The notes beneath the pieces are model-generated. The model ran no database searches. It worked only from the letters and a program-made list of their open reading frames with translations, and had not been told where the DNA came from. From positions 96,001-160,000 of the forward strand of contig CAVQGX010000030.1 in NCBI GenBank assembly GCA_963712115.1: a stretch of DNA of 64,000 bases. Reading direction: 5' to 3'. This stretch comes from an uncultured delta proteobacterium (GTDB lineage Bacteria > Desulfobacterota > Syntrophobacteria > BM002). Position numbers and translations under genes: made by a program. This document shows, piece after piece, positions 8,999 to 19,700 of this stretch (position 1 is its first letter; each line of letters starts with the position of its first letter).

Positions 8999-9769
8999 AT
9001 GAAAGAAATCTACCTACGCTTGATGAACGAATCGCGCTGCATTGCTTCTCGTTACGAGTTACCTGAATTCTACCGGCGATTCAAGCCTTCACTGGCAATT
9101 TCACGGCGTATTTTTTTTGATAACCCGTTGCTTATTCATTGCAGAGAGTTAGTTACCCCGCAATATCCGGGTGATTTTGGTCATGGACTTCAACATGCCA
9201 CCAAGGTGAGTGTTGATGCAGGTACCATTGTTCTTTTGGAAGGTGAGAAGTATTTTACTGTTCAAGCAGAATTAGAGCGTGCGGTTGTGCTGGTTCAACT
9301 CGCAGGACTTCTCCACGATTTAAAAAGGATGGAACACAAGCACGCCTCCGCCGGCGCTAAGGCGGCCAGAAAACTCCTATATGATTTTCCCCTCAGTCAC
9401 CCAGAGGTAAATTGCGTGGCAGAGGCCATAGCTAATCATGAAGCATTTTCTGAGCCCCAAATGTGCGAAACGCTAACAGGCCAACTGGTAGCCGATGCGC
9501 TCTATGACGCAGACAAATTCCGCTGGGGCCCGGACAATTTTACCCATACAGTCTGGTACATGATGAGTTACCACCAAGTAGACATAGCCGAGCTGTTTGG
9601 TCGCTTCCCATGGGGTGTAGATGGTATCGTCAGGATCAAGGATACTTTCAGAACGAATATAGGGGTTCAGTACGGCCCGGAGATCATCGATTTAGGAGTA
9701 AGGATCGGCAAAGAGATCTATCAACATCTGCAGAAATATCTACACTCGTTTAACCCGGATGTTTCATGA
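8999..9769 (+). CDS. HD-domain phosphohydrolase
   Basis: GHGLQHA, GLLHD, IANH, LYDADK; the stop codon lies inside the terminal repeat of the downstream MITE. Confidence 0.8.
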   Translation: MKEIYLRLMNESRCIASRYELPEFYRRFKPSLAISRRIFFDNPLLIHCRELVTPQYPGDFGHGLQHATKVSVDAGTIVLLEGEKYFTVQAELERAVVLVQLAGLLHDLKRMEHKHASAGAKAARKLLYDFPLSHPEVNCVAEAIANHEAFSEPQMCETLTGQLVADALYDADKFRWGPDNFTHTVWYMMSYHQVDIAELFGRFPWGVDGIVRIKDTFRTNIGVQYGPEIIDLGVRIGKEIYQHLQKYLHSFNPDVS

Positions 9770-10100
9770 ATCCGCCTAAGGCGGACCACGGATATGGCCG
9801 TCCTTCTCTCCGAGCAGTAGGCTCTACGAGCCGGACGCCGTGCGTCCTCGGGTGTCGGCCCCTGCGACGTACCATTCAGGTAGGCCTCGGCTTCGATCTT
9901 GGATTTGGGATTTCGGATCTCGGATTCTTGAGTACAATTAATGATATCGAACTTAACAGTTCAGATTTCACCATTTGTTTTCTGGTTCTCACGTACTCTT
10001 CAGCAAATTTTAAATCCGCAATCCGCATTCCGCAATCGTCGACCCGGCGGCCCGCCCATCTTCGTGGTCTGGTGACAGTAATTCATGAAATATCCGGGTT
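9752..10100. mobile_element. MITE-like element with 20-bp TIRs, carrying a nested heptamer-arm insertion
   Basis: AACCCGGATGTTTCATGAAT ... ATTCATGAAATATCCGGGTT; body matches the reverse complement of 22802-22985. Confidence 0.8.
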
Positions 10101-10138
10101 GAGAGAGTTGGGAGGAGACTCTAGAGAGTAGTCTTCAA

Positions 10139-11164
10139 GTGGACATGGAGACGGAGGGTAAGATTGCCCAGGGTGAAAGGGATGTGATGGTTTTCAATGA
10201 AAGCGAAGGCATCGACGGACTTCGCATAGGTCAGGTGACAGACAAAGAAAATAACACTGGTTGCACCGTTGTGCTGGCCGAAAATGGTGCTGTTGCAGGA
10301 GTTGATGTACGTGGAGGGGCACCAGGAACACACGGAACCGATGCCTTACGACCGGAAAACCTGGTAGAGCGACTACACGCAGTGGTCCTTACCGGTGGTA
10401 GTGCTTTTGGGTTAGCCTCGGTACAGGGAGTTATGCGATACCTACGTCAAAGGAATTGTGGTTTTCAAACCGAATACGGAGTGGTTCCTATTGTAAGCGG
10501 TGCAGTAGTTTTCGATCTCGGTCTAAACAGAAGTGAAACGCTTCCAGACGCCGATATGGGCTATCGAGCATGTGAAAATTCTTCAAAAGCGGGTGCTGAA
10601 CAGGGATGCGTGGGTGCAGGTACCGGTGCGACAGTGGGAAAGCTTTTCGGACTTGAACGTGCCATGAAGGGCGGACAAGGCTTCGCCTCTCTTGTTTCCC
10701 CCAATGGACTGAGGCTTTGGGTCCTGGCAGTAGTTAATGCTTTCGGTGACATTCGCAACCATGAGAATGGTCAGTTACTGGCAGGGGTGCGCACTAGAGA
10801 CGGACGGCGACTGGCAAATGCAGCTGCAAGCCTGACTGAGTTGGAAGTTTTGAGGGGTTTCTCGGCCACAAACACTGTCTTGGGTGTAGTGAGCACCAAT
10901 GCCACCCTTTCAAAAGCTGAACTCACGAGGGTGGCTCAAATGGCTCATGATGGTATTGCTCGTGCCGTTGTTCCTTCCCACACTCTTTACGATGGTGACA
11001 CCATCTTTGCCTTGAGTACGGGGTCTCATGGGCGAGTTGAGACAACTGTTGTTGGCGCGATTGCTGCCCAGTTAATGGGCCAAGCTATTGTCAACGCGGT
11101 TGTCCATGCTGTTGGGGTGGATAACCTTCCCGCCTACCAGGACCTTTTTGGAAATAGCCCATAG
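10139..11164 (+). CDS. P1/DmpA-family (S58) peptidase
   Basis: VDVRGGAPGT, LTGGSAFGL, GAGTGA, NTVLGVV, HTLYDGD; exact start uncertain. Confidence 0.85.
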   Translation: MDMETEGKIAQGERDVMVFNESEGIDGLRIGQVTDKENNTGCTVVLAENGAVAGVDVRGGAPGTHGTDALRPENLVERLHAVVLTGGSAFGLASVQGVMRYLRQRNCGFQTEYGVVPIVSGAVVFDLGLNRSETLPDADMGYRACENSSKAGAEQGCVGAGTGATVGKLFGLERAMKGGQGFASLVSPNGLRLWVLAVVNAFGDIRNHENGQLLAGVRTRDGRRLANAAASLTELEVLRGFSATNTVLGVVSTNATLSKAELTRVAQMAHDGIARAVVPSHTLYDGDTIFALSTGSHGRVETTVVGAIAAQLMGQAIVNAVVHAVGVDNLPAYQDLFGNSP

Positions 11165-11480
11165 CGCAAAGCGCTTCGCGGCTGGTAAACAGTAAACGGT
11201 GAACGGTAAGCAGCGAGACGGGCGAGACTTGCGAGACGGGGGCAGAAGACAGAGTAGTCATTTGCCTTCGGCGTCATTAGGTCACTACGCTGCGCTGTCA
11301 TTTGTTGTAAAAGGTAGAGGACAGACGACGGAAAACAGAAGTCAGAAGTCGGAGGTCGGAGGTCAGAGAAAAGCGAGTTATTGGCTGATCTTTTGCTTAT
11401 AACGTATAACAAATAACGAATAACAACTCGTACCGTTCACCGTTTACCATTTAACGATTTCAACGACTTGAACGTTTTTA
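11162..11480. repeat. Composite intergenic short-repeat array
   Basis: CGGTAAA ... TTTACCG outer pair enclosing GCGAGAC, GTCAGAG and ATAACGA units and the 63-bp core; 11352-11437 nearly identical to 16525-16610. Confidence 0.9.
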
Positions 11481-11546
11481 ACCAGTGGGAGAATTGACAA
11501 CCGCACTGCAAATTCCTCTGGAATTAATGGAAATAGGAGTAAAAAC

Positions 11547-12113
11547 TTGAAGTCGATTATAAACTTTTTTTTTGAATTAGGCATGTTGAAGAAAACTCCA
11601 AGGAGTGGGTACCAGTTTCTCGGTTCAGGACGAGAGTCTGTAGCTGATCACGCTTTTCGAGTGGCGACAATTGGCTTCACCATGGCGAGGCTGGACAAGG
11701 AAGCCGACGCCTTTACCGTAATGCGGATGTGTTTGTTTCACGATCTTCCTGAGTCCCGCACGGGTGACCTAAACTACGTAAACAAACGCTATGTTGAAGT
11801 TAAGGAGGACCAGGCTATAAAGGATCTGGCCAAGACACTTCCCTTCGGCGAAGAAATTCAGGATTTGTTGGAAGAGTTTAAAGGAGGAAAGACCCGAGAG
11901 GCCCAGTTGGCTCGGGACGCAGATCAATTGGATCTCATTTTGGAACTGAAGGAACATCAGGATTTAGGCAACCGCTATGCCAAGGATTGGATCCAATTCG
12001 CCCTTAAACGGCTGAAAACGGATTTGGGCAAACGGTTGGCGGTACAGGTTTTAGAGACTGATTCTACCGCCTGGTGGTTCGAGGGGAGGGATCATTGGTG
12101 GACTGCTGAATAG
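11547..12113 (+). CDS. HD-domain hydrolase (YfbR/HDDC2-like 5'-deoxynucleotidase)
   Basis: LKKTPRSG, ESVADH, LFHDLPESRTGD, DADQLD. Confidence 0.85.
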   Translation: MKSIINFFFELGMLKKTPRSGYQFLGSGRESVADHAFRVATIGFTMARLDKEADAFTVMRMCLFHDLPESRTGDLNYVNKRYVEVKEDQAIKDLAKTLPFGEEIQDLLEEFKGGKTREAQLARDADQLDLILELKEHQDLGNRYAKDWIQFALKRLKTDLGKRLAVQVLETDSTAWWFEGRDHWWTAE

Positions 12114-12214
12114 CAAGCTGTCGGCGAGAGGCGCGAGAAGAGATCATTCAATCCTTTTCATCCCAGACCTCTCGTCTCGCCCGACATCCCGTCTCGTAGC
12201 GCCACGTAGTGGCG

Positions 12215-13276
12215 CTAGGCGACCGTGATGGAATTCTTGCCCACATCTTTGCTTCTGTAGAGAGAGTTGTCTGCCAGTTGTAGCAGTTCTTTCTTGTCTG
12301 AGGCATCAGTGGGATAATTGGCTATACCGAAGCTGGCGGTCAATTTGATAGCGAGGTTCAGGTCCTGGAGGAAAGTCGCATCCGCCAATGCCTTGCGGAT
12401 GGCAACCACTTTATCAAAGGCCGAATTTTTGTCCTGGCCCGGCAAGATTATTACATATTCATCCCCACCGTAGCGCACCAACCGATCATCTTGTTCTAGC
12501 TTTGAATCTATAACCTCAGCAGCCTCTCGTAAAATTTTGCTCCCGAGTAGGTGTCCGTGCTTGTCTACGTGTTCCTTGAAGTTATCCAAGTCAAGGAACA
12601 CCAAGGAAACTTCCTGCCCTTGGTGCAGCAACAGGTCCAAGTGCTGATGCATGAAGCGGGTGTTGTAATAACTCGACACGTCGTCAGTGATGCTCAGGGA
12701 CTCGATCTTTCTGTAGGTGCGAGCATTATGGATGGCGATGGCTACATAATCGGCTAGGATGGATAGCAGGGGCATGAAATTGTCCTGGAAGAGAGACATG
12801 TCTTCAGGGTTTATTATTTCAATGACGCCAATTACCGCACCCTGCATTTTAAGAGGAAGACAAATGATAGAGCGAGTGACGAAGCCGGTGAGATCGTCCA
12901 CTTTATTACTGAAGCGAGGGTCACGTCGAACCTCCGGCACCAACATTGGCTCACCGGAAAGGGCAACGGTACCTGCTATTCCTTCGCCAAGCTGTATTCG
13001 CACGTCGGCCAAGGAACCTTTATCTAAACCAACTACCACCTCGAAATATAGCTCCTGTGTCTCAGGATCCAGCAGGAACAAGGTCCAGTTTTTCGCCTTA
13101 ATAAGCTCACTTAATCTTTTAAGTATGATTATTAGTATCTGGTCCATGTTAAAAGTTGAGGTGAGAGCCTTGCCAATCTCAACGCAGGTCATCAGCTGTT
13201 GAATGTAAATGGAACTCTCTTCAGGTGAATTGGTGTGGGTGGGTAACAGATCTACTTCTTTGAATAGCTCATCCAT
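12215..13276 (-). CDS. GAF-GGDEF diguanylate cyclase
   Basis: GAF (GEGIAGTVA, DPRF, IICLPL) plus DLDNFK..GH and RYGGDEY; start set at ATG 13276, downstream of the sigma54 site. Confidence 0.9.
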   Translation of the reverse strand: MDELFKEVDLLPTHTNSPEESSIYIQQLMTCVEIGKALTSTFNMDQILIIILKRLSELIKAKNWTLFLLDPETQELYFEVVVGLDKGSLADVRIQLGEGIAGTVALSGEPMLVPEVRRDPRFSNKVDDLTGFVTRSIICLPLKMQGAVIGVIEIINPEDMSLFQDNFMPLLSILADYVAIAIHNARTYRKIESLSITDDVSSYYNTRFMHQHLDLLLHQGQEVSLVFLDLDNFKEHVDKHGHLLGSKILREAAEVIDSKLEQDDRLVRYGGDEYVIILPGQDKNSAFDKVVAIRKALADATFLQDLNLAIKLTASFGIANYPTDASDKKELLQLADNSLYRSKDVGKNSITVA

Positions 13277-13322
13277 GGGCGATCCACTGCCTTTGTTATT
13301 GCTTATACACCGAATTAGGTAA

Positions 13323-13338
13323 AGCAACCTTCATGCCA
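13323..13338 (-). promoter_or_regulatory. Sigma54 promoter for the diguanylate cyclase
   Basis: Minus strand TGGCAT-GAAGG-TTGCT. Confidence 0.7.
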
Positions 13339-13580
13339 ACACCAAAGTTTAAGAGGACAGAAGACAGAAGACAGAAGACAGAAGTCAGAGGTCAGAGGTC
13401 AGAGATCAGTGAGTTATAGGCTGATCTTTTGCGTATAACGAATAACGGATAACGGATAACGGATAACATCTCATACCGCTCACTGCTCACCGCTACCGCT
13501 TACCATAAGGACTACCTCTTGAATCAATTGTAACACCTATGCTACTTAGGATGGACACTATAGTGAAAAGGAAGTGCTAA

Positions 13581-14270
13581 ATGAGCAAGAGTGATCTCGA
13601 CGAGCACCTTCAGGATATCGAGAAGGATTACAAGACTGAGATTGTTCCCATAACCGTATCCGGGCTGTCCTTGCGCTGTCTGAGGATAGCCGACTTAGAC
13701 GAGATAATCCTCGACCAGCTAGGCACGGGTGATCTCAATGGGGCAGAGCTTCCCTACTGGGGAAAAATCTGGGAGGCGAGCATTCTCCTGGCGGCTTACT
13801 TGATAGCCCAGCCTGTAGTGCCAGGGAGACAGATCCTTGAGATTGGCACGGGTCTTGGGGTTAGTGGCCTTTTTGCGGCCGCATGCGGCCATGATGTAAC
13901 ACTATCTGATCATAAAAAGGAGATCATCAGATTCATCAGGGCAAATATTTTATTGAACAAATTGGACAATGTGGACGTTATTAATGTTGACTGGACCAAA
14001 CCAACCTCAAACCAACTCTACGACTGGATTGTGGGCTCGGAGGTGGTATACCACCGGCCAACCTATGATTCCTTGGTGCAGTTTTTTCAACAGGCGCTGA
14101 AGCCTCACGGTACTATTTTTCTCGCCAAGAGCACGAGTCTACCGGCCAACGCTTTTTTTTCAAAACTCACACAGTATTTTAAGTTTAAAAAACTGGACAA
14201 AGTAATGCGTTCTGGGGATCAACAATATGCCATCAGTCTCTATGCAATCAAGAGGAAGGATGAGACTTAG
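13581..14270 (+). CDS. Class I SAM-dependent methyltransferase (family 16-like)
   Basis: PYWGKIWEASILLA, ILEIGTGLG, IVGSEVVY. Confidence 0.85.
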   Translation: MSKSDLDEHLQDIEKDYKTEIVPITVSGLSLRCLRIADLDEIILDQLGTGDLNGAELPYWGKIWEASILLAAYLIAQPVVPGRQILEIGTGLGVSGLFAAACGHDVTLSDHKKEIIRFIRANILLNKLDNVDVINVDWTKPTSNQLYDWIVGSEVVYHRPTYDSLVQFFQQALKPHGTIFLAKSTSLPANAFFSKLTQYFKFKKLDKVMRSGDQQYAISLYAIKRKDET

Positions 14271-14506
14271 CTCACAGCTCATAGCTCGAAAGGAGTTCGT
14301 CAATTAGTTAATTAGTTGATTAGAGAACTAGAGAATTAGTTAATACAGTTAAGCAGTTGACCGTTTACCGTTCACCATTTACGATTTGAACGACTTTAAC
14401 GACTTCAACGATTTGAACGATTTGAACGGCTGCAACGAATGAACTAATTCTCTAATTACCTAATTCTCTAATTGACCTTGACTGTCTGCTGCGAGCTGCC
14501 TGCTGC
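14268..14506. repeat. Composite intergenic short-repeat array
   Basis: AGCTCAC; AATTAGTT ... CTAATT inverted pair enclosing TTTACCG and TTGAACGAT units; CTGCCTG. Confidence 0.85.
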
Positions 14507-14519
14507 TTTGGGGTGATCA

Positions 14520-15428
14520 ATGAGATTAACCTTCTTGGGAACAGGTTCTGCCTGGTCCCTACCTGAGATAGGTTGTGACTGCTTGATATGCCGGCAAATG
14601 CATAAAAACGAAGAGACTCGTCTCCGCACTTCTTTTTACCTGGAGGGGCGAGAGAAGTTATTGATTGATTGCGGGCCGGACATAGTGCGGCAATGGTGGA
14701 CTAACGGCTTGAAGTCACTAGACGGAGTGCTCATAACTCACGAGCACGGAGATCATTATCTGGGCCTCGATGAGTTGGTTGCTTTACGACGTTCCACTGA
14801 TCCCGGTAACTGGCATCCCATTCCCACCTACGCCACGGAAAGTTCCTGGGAGACCATTGAGCTTCGTTTCGGGTATCTTCTGGAGAAAACCCTGGAGAAA
14901 AGATTGGTTGTCCCCGGCGAACCGCTGCCTGGATTGCAAACCAGGGTGGTTCCTTTCAAAACTTACCACGGGCCGATGGCAAAGGGGGCGGTGGGCTACG
15001 CGTTTGAGGACGGAGGAAAAAGGCTGGTTTACACTTCTGATCTGCTCCATCTCGAGGGGCAAGAGGACATATTGCGCCACCCAGATGCACTAGTCATTCA
15101 GTCTCACTGGCTCAATGAACCTGAGTTTAACCGGCCATCACTGCTTAGCTTGCAGCGGGCATTGCCGATGATTCGTGCCTGGCAACCTAGAGAAAAGGTT
15201 TTTCTGGTTCATATCTCGGACGCCGATCAGGTGCCCGGTGACCCGGCCAACCATTACCTCAAAAAGATACCCCCTGCAGCTCCGCTCAAGGACCCGCAGA
15301 CAGGCATTGCATATCCCGTTCCGACCTGTCAGGCGGAATGGCAAGAGACAGCTGAGAGAGCCTTTAAAGACAGCGGTATATATATACCAGTGCAGGTCGC
15401 TTATGATGGACTAGCGGTCGAAATTTAG
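14520..15428 (+). CDS. Metallo-beta-lactamase-fold hydrolase (PhnP-like)
   Basis: FLGTGS, GCDCLIC, LLIDCGPD, THEHGDH. Confidence 0.85.
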   Translation: MRLTFLGTGSAWSLPEIGCDCLICRQMHKNEETRLRTSFYLEGREKLLIDCGPDIVRQWWTNGLKSLDGVLITHEHGDHYLGLDELVALRRSTDPGNWHPIPTYATESSWETIELRFGYLLEKTLEKRLVVPGEPLPGLQTRVVPFKTYHGPMAKGAVGYAFEDGGKRLVYTSDLLHLEGQEDILRHPDALVIQSHWLNEPEFNRPSLLSLQRALPMIRAWQPREKVFLVHISDADQVPGDPANHYLKKIPPAAPLKDPQTGIAYPVPTCQAEWQETAERAFKDSGIYIPVQVAYDGLAVEI

Positions 15429-15730
15429 CACGCAGAGCTCTCGGGGCATAGAGTAAGAAATCAGGGGTCGGGGGTTAGAAGACAGAGCAGTCATTTGCCT
15501 TCGGCGTCATTAGGTCACTACGCTGCGCTGTCATTTGTTGTAAAAGGTAGAAGACAGAGGGCAGAGGACAGACGACAGAAGTCAGAGGTCGGAGATCAGA
15601 GGTCGGAGATCAGAGGTCGGAGATCAGAGGTCGGAGATCAGAGGTCAGAGATCCTAAGTTAGAGATTAACGAATAACGAATAACAAATAACATCTCATAC
15701 CGCTCACTGCTTACCGCTTACTGCTTACAA
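15426..15730. repeat. Composite array with four perfect tandem copies of TCAGAGGTCGGAGA and the 63-bp core
   Basis: 14-bp tandem at about 15582-15651; core at 15489-15551; ATAACGA and CTTACCG arrays follow. Confidence 0.9.
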
Positions 15731-15763
15731 TTTGTAACAGATAACGAACTTGGGCTTTCGGTT

Positions 15764-16471
15764 ATGAAAGAACAACATCTCGAAATACTCTCGGATGGCC
15801 TGAAAATTCGAGCTGTACTACACACTCCGGATACCGCTTCCTGGCCCTTGGTTATATTGTGTCACGGGTTTTTGAGCTACAAAGACAGCTCAAAATACAG
15901 ACAGCTAGCCCAGGTATTTGCTCGAGAATCAATCGCCACGGTTAGGTTTGACTTCAGAGGCTGCGGTGAAAGTGAAGGGTTATTGTCTGAAAGCTCGATT
16001 TCCAGACGGTGGAGAGATTTGCAAAGGGTGATTGACGAGAGCGTGGACTTAAAGGATTTTGATGGACGTCTGGGTTTATTGGGAAGCAGCTTAGGTGGTT
16101 ACCTGGCTCTCCTGGAGGTAAGTCATAATTCTAAAGTTCGCTGTGCTGCGGTATGGTCCACCCCTTCCCACCTCCTCGATCTGGCGAAACGACTCCCTAA
16201 AGTTTCTCCAGTGGAATTCTCCCAGGAATGCTACGAAGACCTGCTCACAGTGGAGCTCCTTCCTCGCTTAAAAAATGTCCAGCGTGTTCTCATCGTACAT
16301 GGCCAGGAGGACCAACAGGTTCCGCCCGAACACGCCTCGAGATTGTATGAAGTGCTAGATGAGCCCAAGGCTCTTCATATCTTAGAGGGAGCTGATCACC
16401 GGTTAACTGCGTCAGAGTGGAGAGAGGAGGCTATTCGCCTCACCATGGAATGGTTCAAGAGGTTCCTTTGA
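15764..16471 (+). CDS. Alpha/beta hydrolase
   Basis: LCHGF, FDFRGCGES, GSSLGG, HGQEDQQV, GADH. Confidence 0.9.
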   Translation: MKEQHLEILSDGLKIRAVLHTPDTASWPLVILCHGFLSYKDSSKYRQLAQVFARESIATVRFDFRGCGESEGLLSESSISRRWRDLQRVIDESVDLKDFDGRLGLLGSSLGGYLALLEVSHNSKVRCAAVWSTPSHLLDLAKRLPKVSPVEFSQECYEDLLTVELLPRLKNVQRVLIVHGQEDQQVPPEHASRLYEVLDEPKALHILEGADHRLTASEWREEAIRLTMEWFKRFL

Positions 16472-16726
16472 GTCAGGGGTCGGGGGTCAGGCGTCAGAGG
16501 GCAGAGGACAGAGGTCGGAAGTCAGAGGTCGGAGGTCAGAGAAAAGCGAGTTATTGGCTGATCTTTTGCGTATAACGTATAACAAATAACGAATAACAAC
16601 TCGTACCGTTTACCGTTCACGACTTAAAGGCTTTTAACCATTTGACTACTCGACCAATCGACGAGTTGACTAATTCTCTAATCAACCAATTGACGAACTC
16701 CTGTGAGCTTTCAGCTGTGAGCTGAC

Positions 16727-19700
16727 TTACATTATCTTGCCAGTCAGTTTGTAACGTGCGTCCAAAACCAGGCTGAAAAGTGCTGGAATCAGGAAAAGGG
16801 TGAATATAGTGGAAAGGGCAAGGCCACCCACAACCACGCTGCCCAGTCCCCGATAGAGCTCAGAGCCGGCGCCGCGGAAAAGCACTAGGGGCAGCATGCC
16901 GAAAACACTGGTGGTGGTGCTCATGAATATGGGTCTGATTCTGTTCCTCACCGCTTCACGGATAGCCTCCCGCCTCTCCAATCCTTCTTGCCGCATGTGG
17001 TTGAGACTCTGGTGCACTATTAAGATGGCGTTGTTCACCACCGTGCCGATTAGGATGATGAAGCCCAACATGGTGAGCACGTCCAGAGCCTGATATTCGA
17101 TAAAAGTGCTTACCAACCACAAGCCGGCGAAACCCCCGGCGGCCGCCAACGGAACGCTGAACATAATAACGAAAGGGTACAAAAAGCTGGCGAATAGCGC
17201 CGCCATAAGCAAATAAGTGATCACCAGCGCCAGGATGAAGTTCCACTGCAAAGCTCTCCGGGTGACCACAAGGTCGTCAGCGGTGCCGGCAAGGTTAATA
17301 TTGTAAAGGCTGCCGAGTTCTCCGCTGTTCTTGAGGGGGGGGATTATCTGATTTTCTATGATCTGCATGGCCGTTTCAAGAGGCGTCTCCTTTGGCGGCC
17401 GCACCTGAATGGTGATAGCTCTCTGGCGCTCTATGTGGTTGATCTGGGTGGGACCGGCCACCCAACGAACATCTGTCACTGACCCCAGTGTGATCAACTG
17501 GCCGTCACGAGTTCGCAATAAAAGATTGTCGAAGTCCTGAGTGCGTTGGGTGGAGGAGGACCGACCCATCAGAGTTAGGTCGATTTCTTTGCCCTCGTGC
17601 TGGTAGTCGCTAACCTTGCGACCGTCCAGCAGGGTGTCCACTGCTTCGCCGATGTCCCGAGCTGCAAGTCCTAGGCTGGCAGCTCGGACACGGTCAGGAA
17701 TTATCTGGATTTCTGGATTGCCCAGATCGAGACTAGGAATGGGACGTATCTGAGAACCTGGTAGCAATTGCATGGACTGACCGAAGATGCGGGCTCCGAT
17801 CTGCACCAACTGCACCATGTCCGGTCCAGTGATGTCTATGTCGATGGTTCGGCCTGAGCTGATGCCCCGGCCGAACAAGCTGCTCTGATAGGAAGTAGCG
17901 TAGAATCCAGGAATCTTGGTCAGCTCTTGTTTGAAAATTGGAACCAGGTCTCTGGCTTTGAGCGGATCCTCAGTGGAGGCACCGGCAAACATTAGGCGAC
18001 CGAGAGCCACATAGAAAAGATTGCGGATCCGGGGTTCGCGAAATTCGGTCGTTGCCTCCTTAGTCTCCACTCCCTTCCAGTAAGGTTCGAGGTTCTCAAC
18101 GATTTCTTTTCCAATGTCGTCCAGCTCTTCGAGATTGTAACCGGGTGGGGGGAGCAGAAAGTTGAAGACAAAATTCCGGTTGCCCTCGGGTAAATATTCA
18201 GAGGGTGGCGATAGCCATAATGCCATGCCCAGAGACAAGCCCGTCAGCACAAGGACGACCGCCAACCGAGCCGGTACGGACTCTGTAACTTTATAATTAA
18301 AGTTGGCCACCCATTCGGTAAATCTGTGAGCAAAGTTGTCGAGTCGCCTAAGTGCTTTGCTAAGAGCGGAAACTTGTACCACTGAGTCGTAGGTGTCGTT
18401 CCCAGCCGGTTTGGATCCCGGATTGGCTGATACACCGTGCATTTGTTGATATTTCACTGCCAATTTGGCCTTGCGCCTTTCACGGAAAAACCCAAGGATT
18501 TTAGCTGCAAACGTGGGAATAACCGTGATGGAAACGATCAGACTCAGGGCCACGGCACAGCTGATGGCAATAGCGATGTCCTTGAACAGCTGGCCGGCTT
18601 CTTCCTGTACATAGACCACAGGGATAAAGACCGCCATGGTTGTCAGGGTACTGGCCAGCACCGCGCCCCAAACCTCAGTGGTGCCCCTGTAAGCTGCAAC
18701 AACTCGGGATTCTCCCAGTTCTCGGTGCCGGTCAATGTTTTCCAGCACTACAATGGCTGCGTCCACCACCATGCCCACGGCAAAGGCTAGTCCAGCCAGG
18801 CTGATGACGTTAATGTTGCGACCAAAGAAGGTCATCATCAGGAAAGTGCCCACCACGCTTATAGGAATGGCGGTGGCAATGATCAAGGTGCTGTTGATCG
18901 AACGGAGAAAGAGGATGAGCACCAAAACTGCCAGCGTGCCTCCCACAAACAAGTTCTGGCGCACCAGATCAATGGCGCTTTCGATGTATTCGGTCTCGTC
19001 ATAAACCTGGCGAAGTCGCATTCCCCGCTCTTTGAGAAGACCTGCATTCAATTCGGTAATGGCCTGCCGAACCCCCTTCATCACCTGGATGACATTGGCA
19101 CCTGTCTGGCGCTTACAATTGACAGCAATGGTTGGCCGGTCCTTCTCATGAACGGTGGCGGTAGGCTTTGCGTAACCGAGGCGAACCTCGGCAACGTCAT
19201 AGACATAGATAGGAGCGCCGTTGATGTATTTGATCACCACATTTGCCACATCCTGTGGCGACTGGTACTGACCAACAGTTCTGGCAATGAACTTACGTTT
19301 ACCCTCATCAAAATCCCCGGCACTGATATTTTCATTTTCACTATTCAGTGCAACGGCAACTTCGGCTATGCTGATGCGGTGCGCAGCCAGGGAGTCGGGG
19401 TCAAAGATGACCTGCATTTCCGGCTCGACCCCGCCATAAATTTCTGATTCAGCGACTCCTGGGATCCTCTCAAACCGCGGCTTAATGAAGTCTTTGATGA
19501 ACTGGTACTCGGTGGCAATATTGGTGTTGTCACCGCTGAGACGCTCGAGAACAATCCAGGCAATGGCGTTTTGCTGACTTCCGGAGGAGACCAGCACGGG
19601 CTCTTCGGCCTCATCCGGGTACTCCGGCACTTGGTTGAGATTGTTGGATACTTTTAAGAGAGCGGCGTTAGGGTCGGTGCCTACCTGAAATTTGAGAGTA

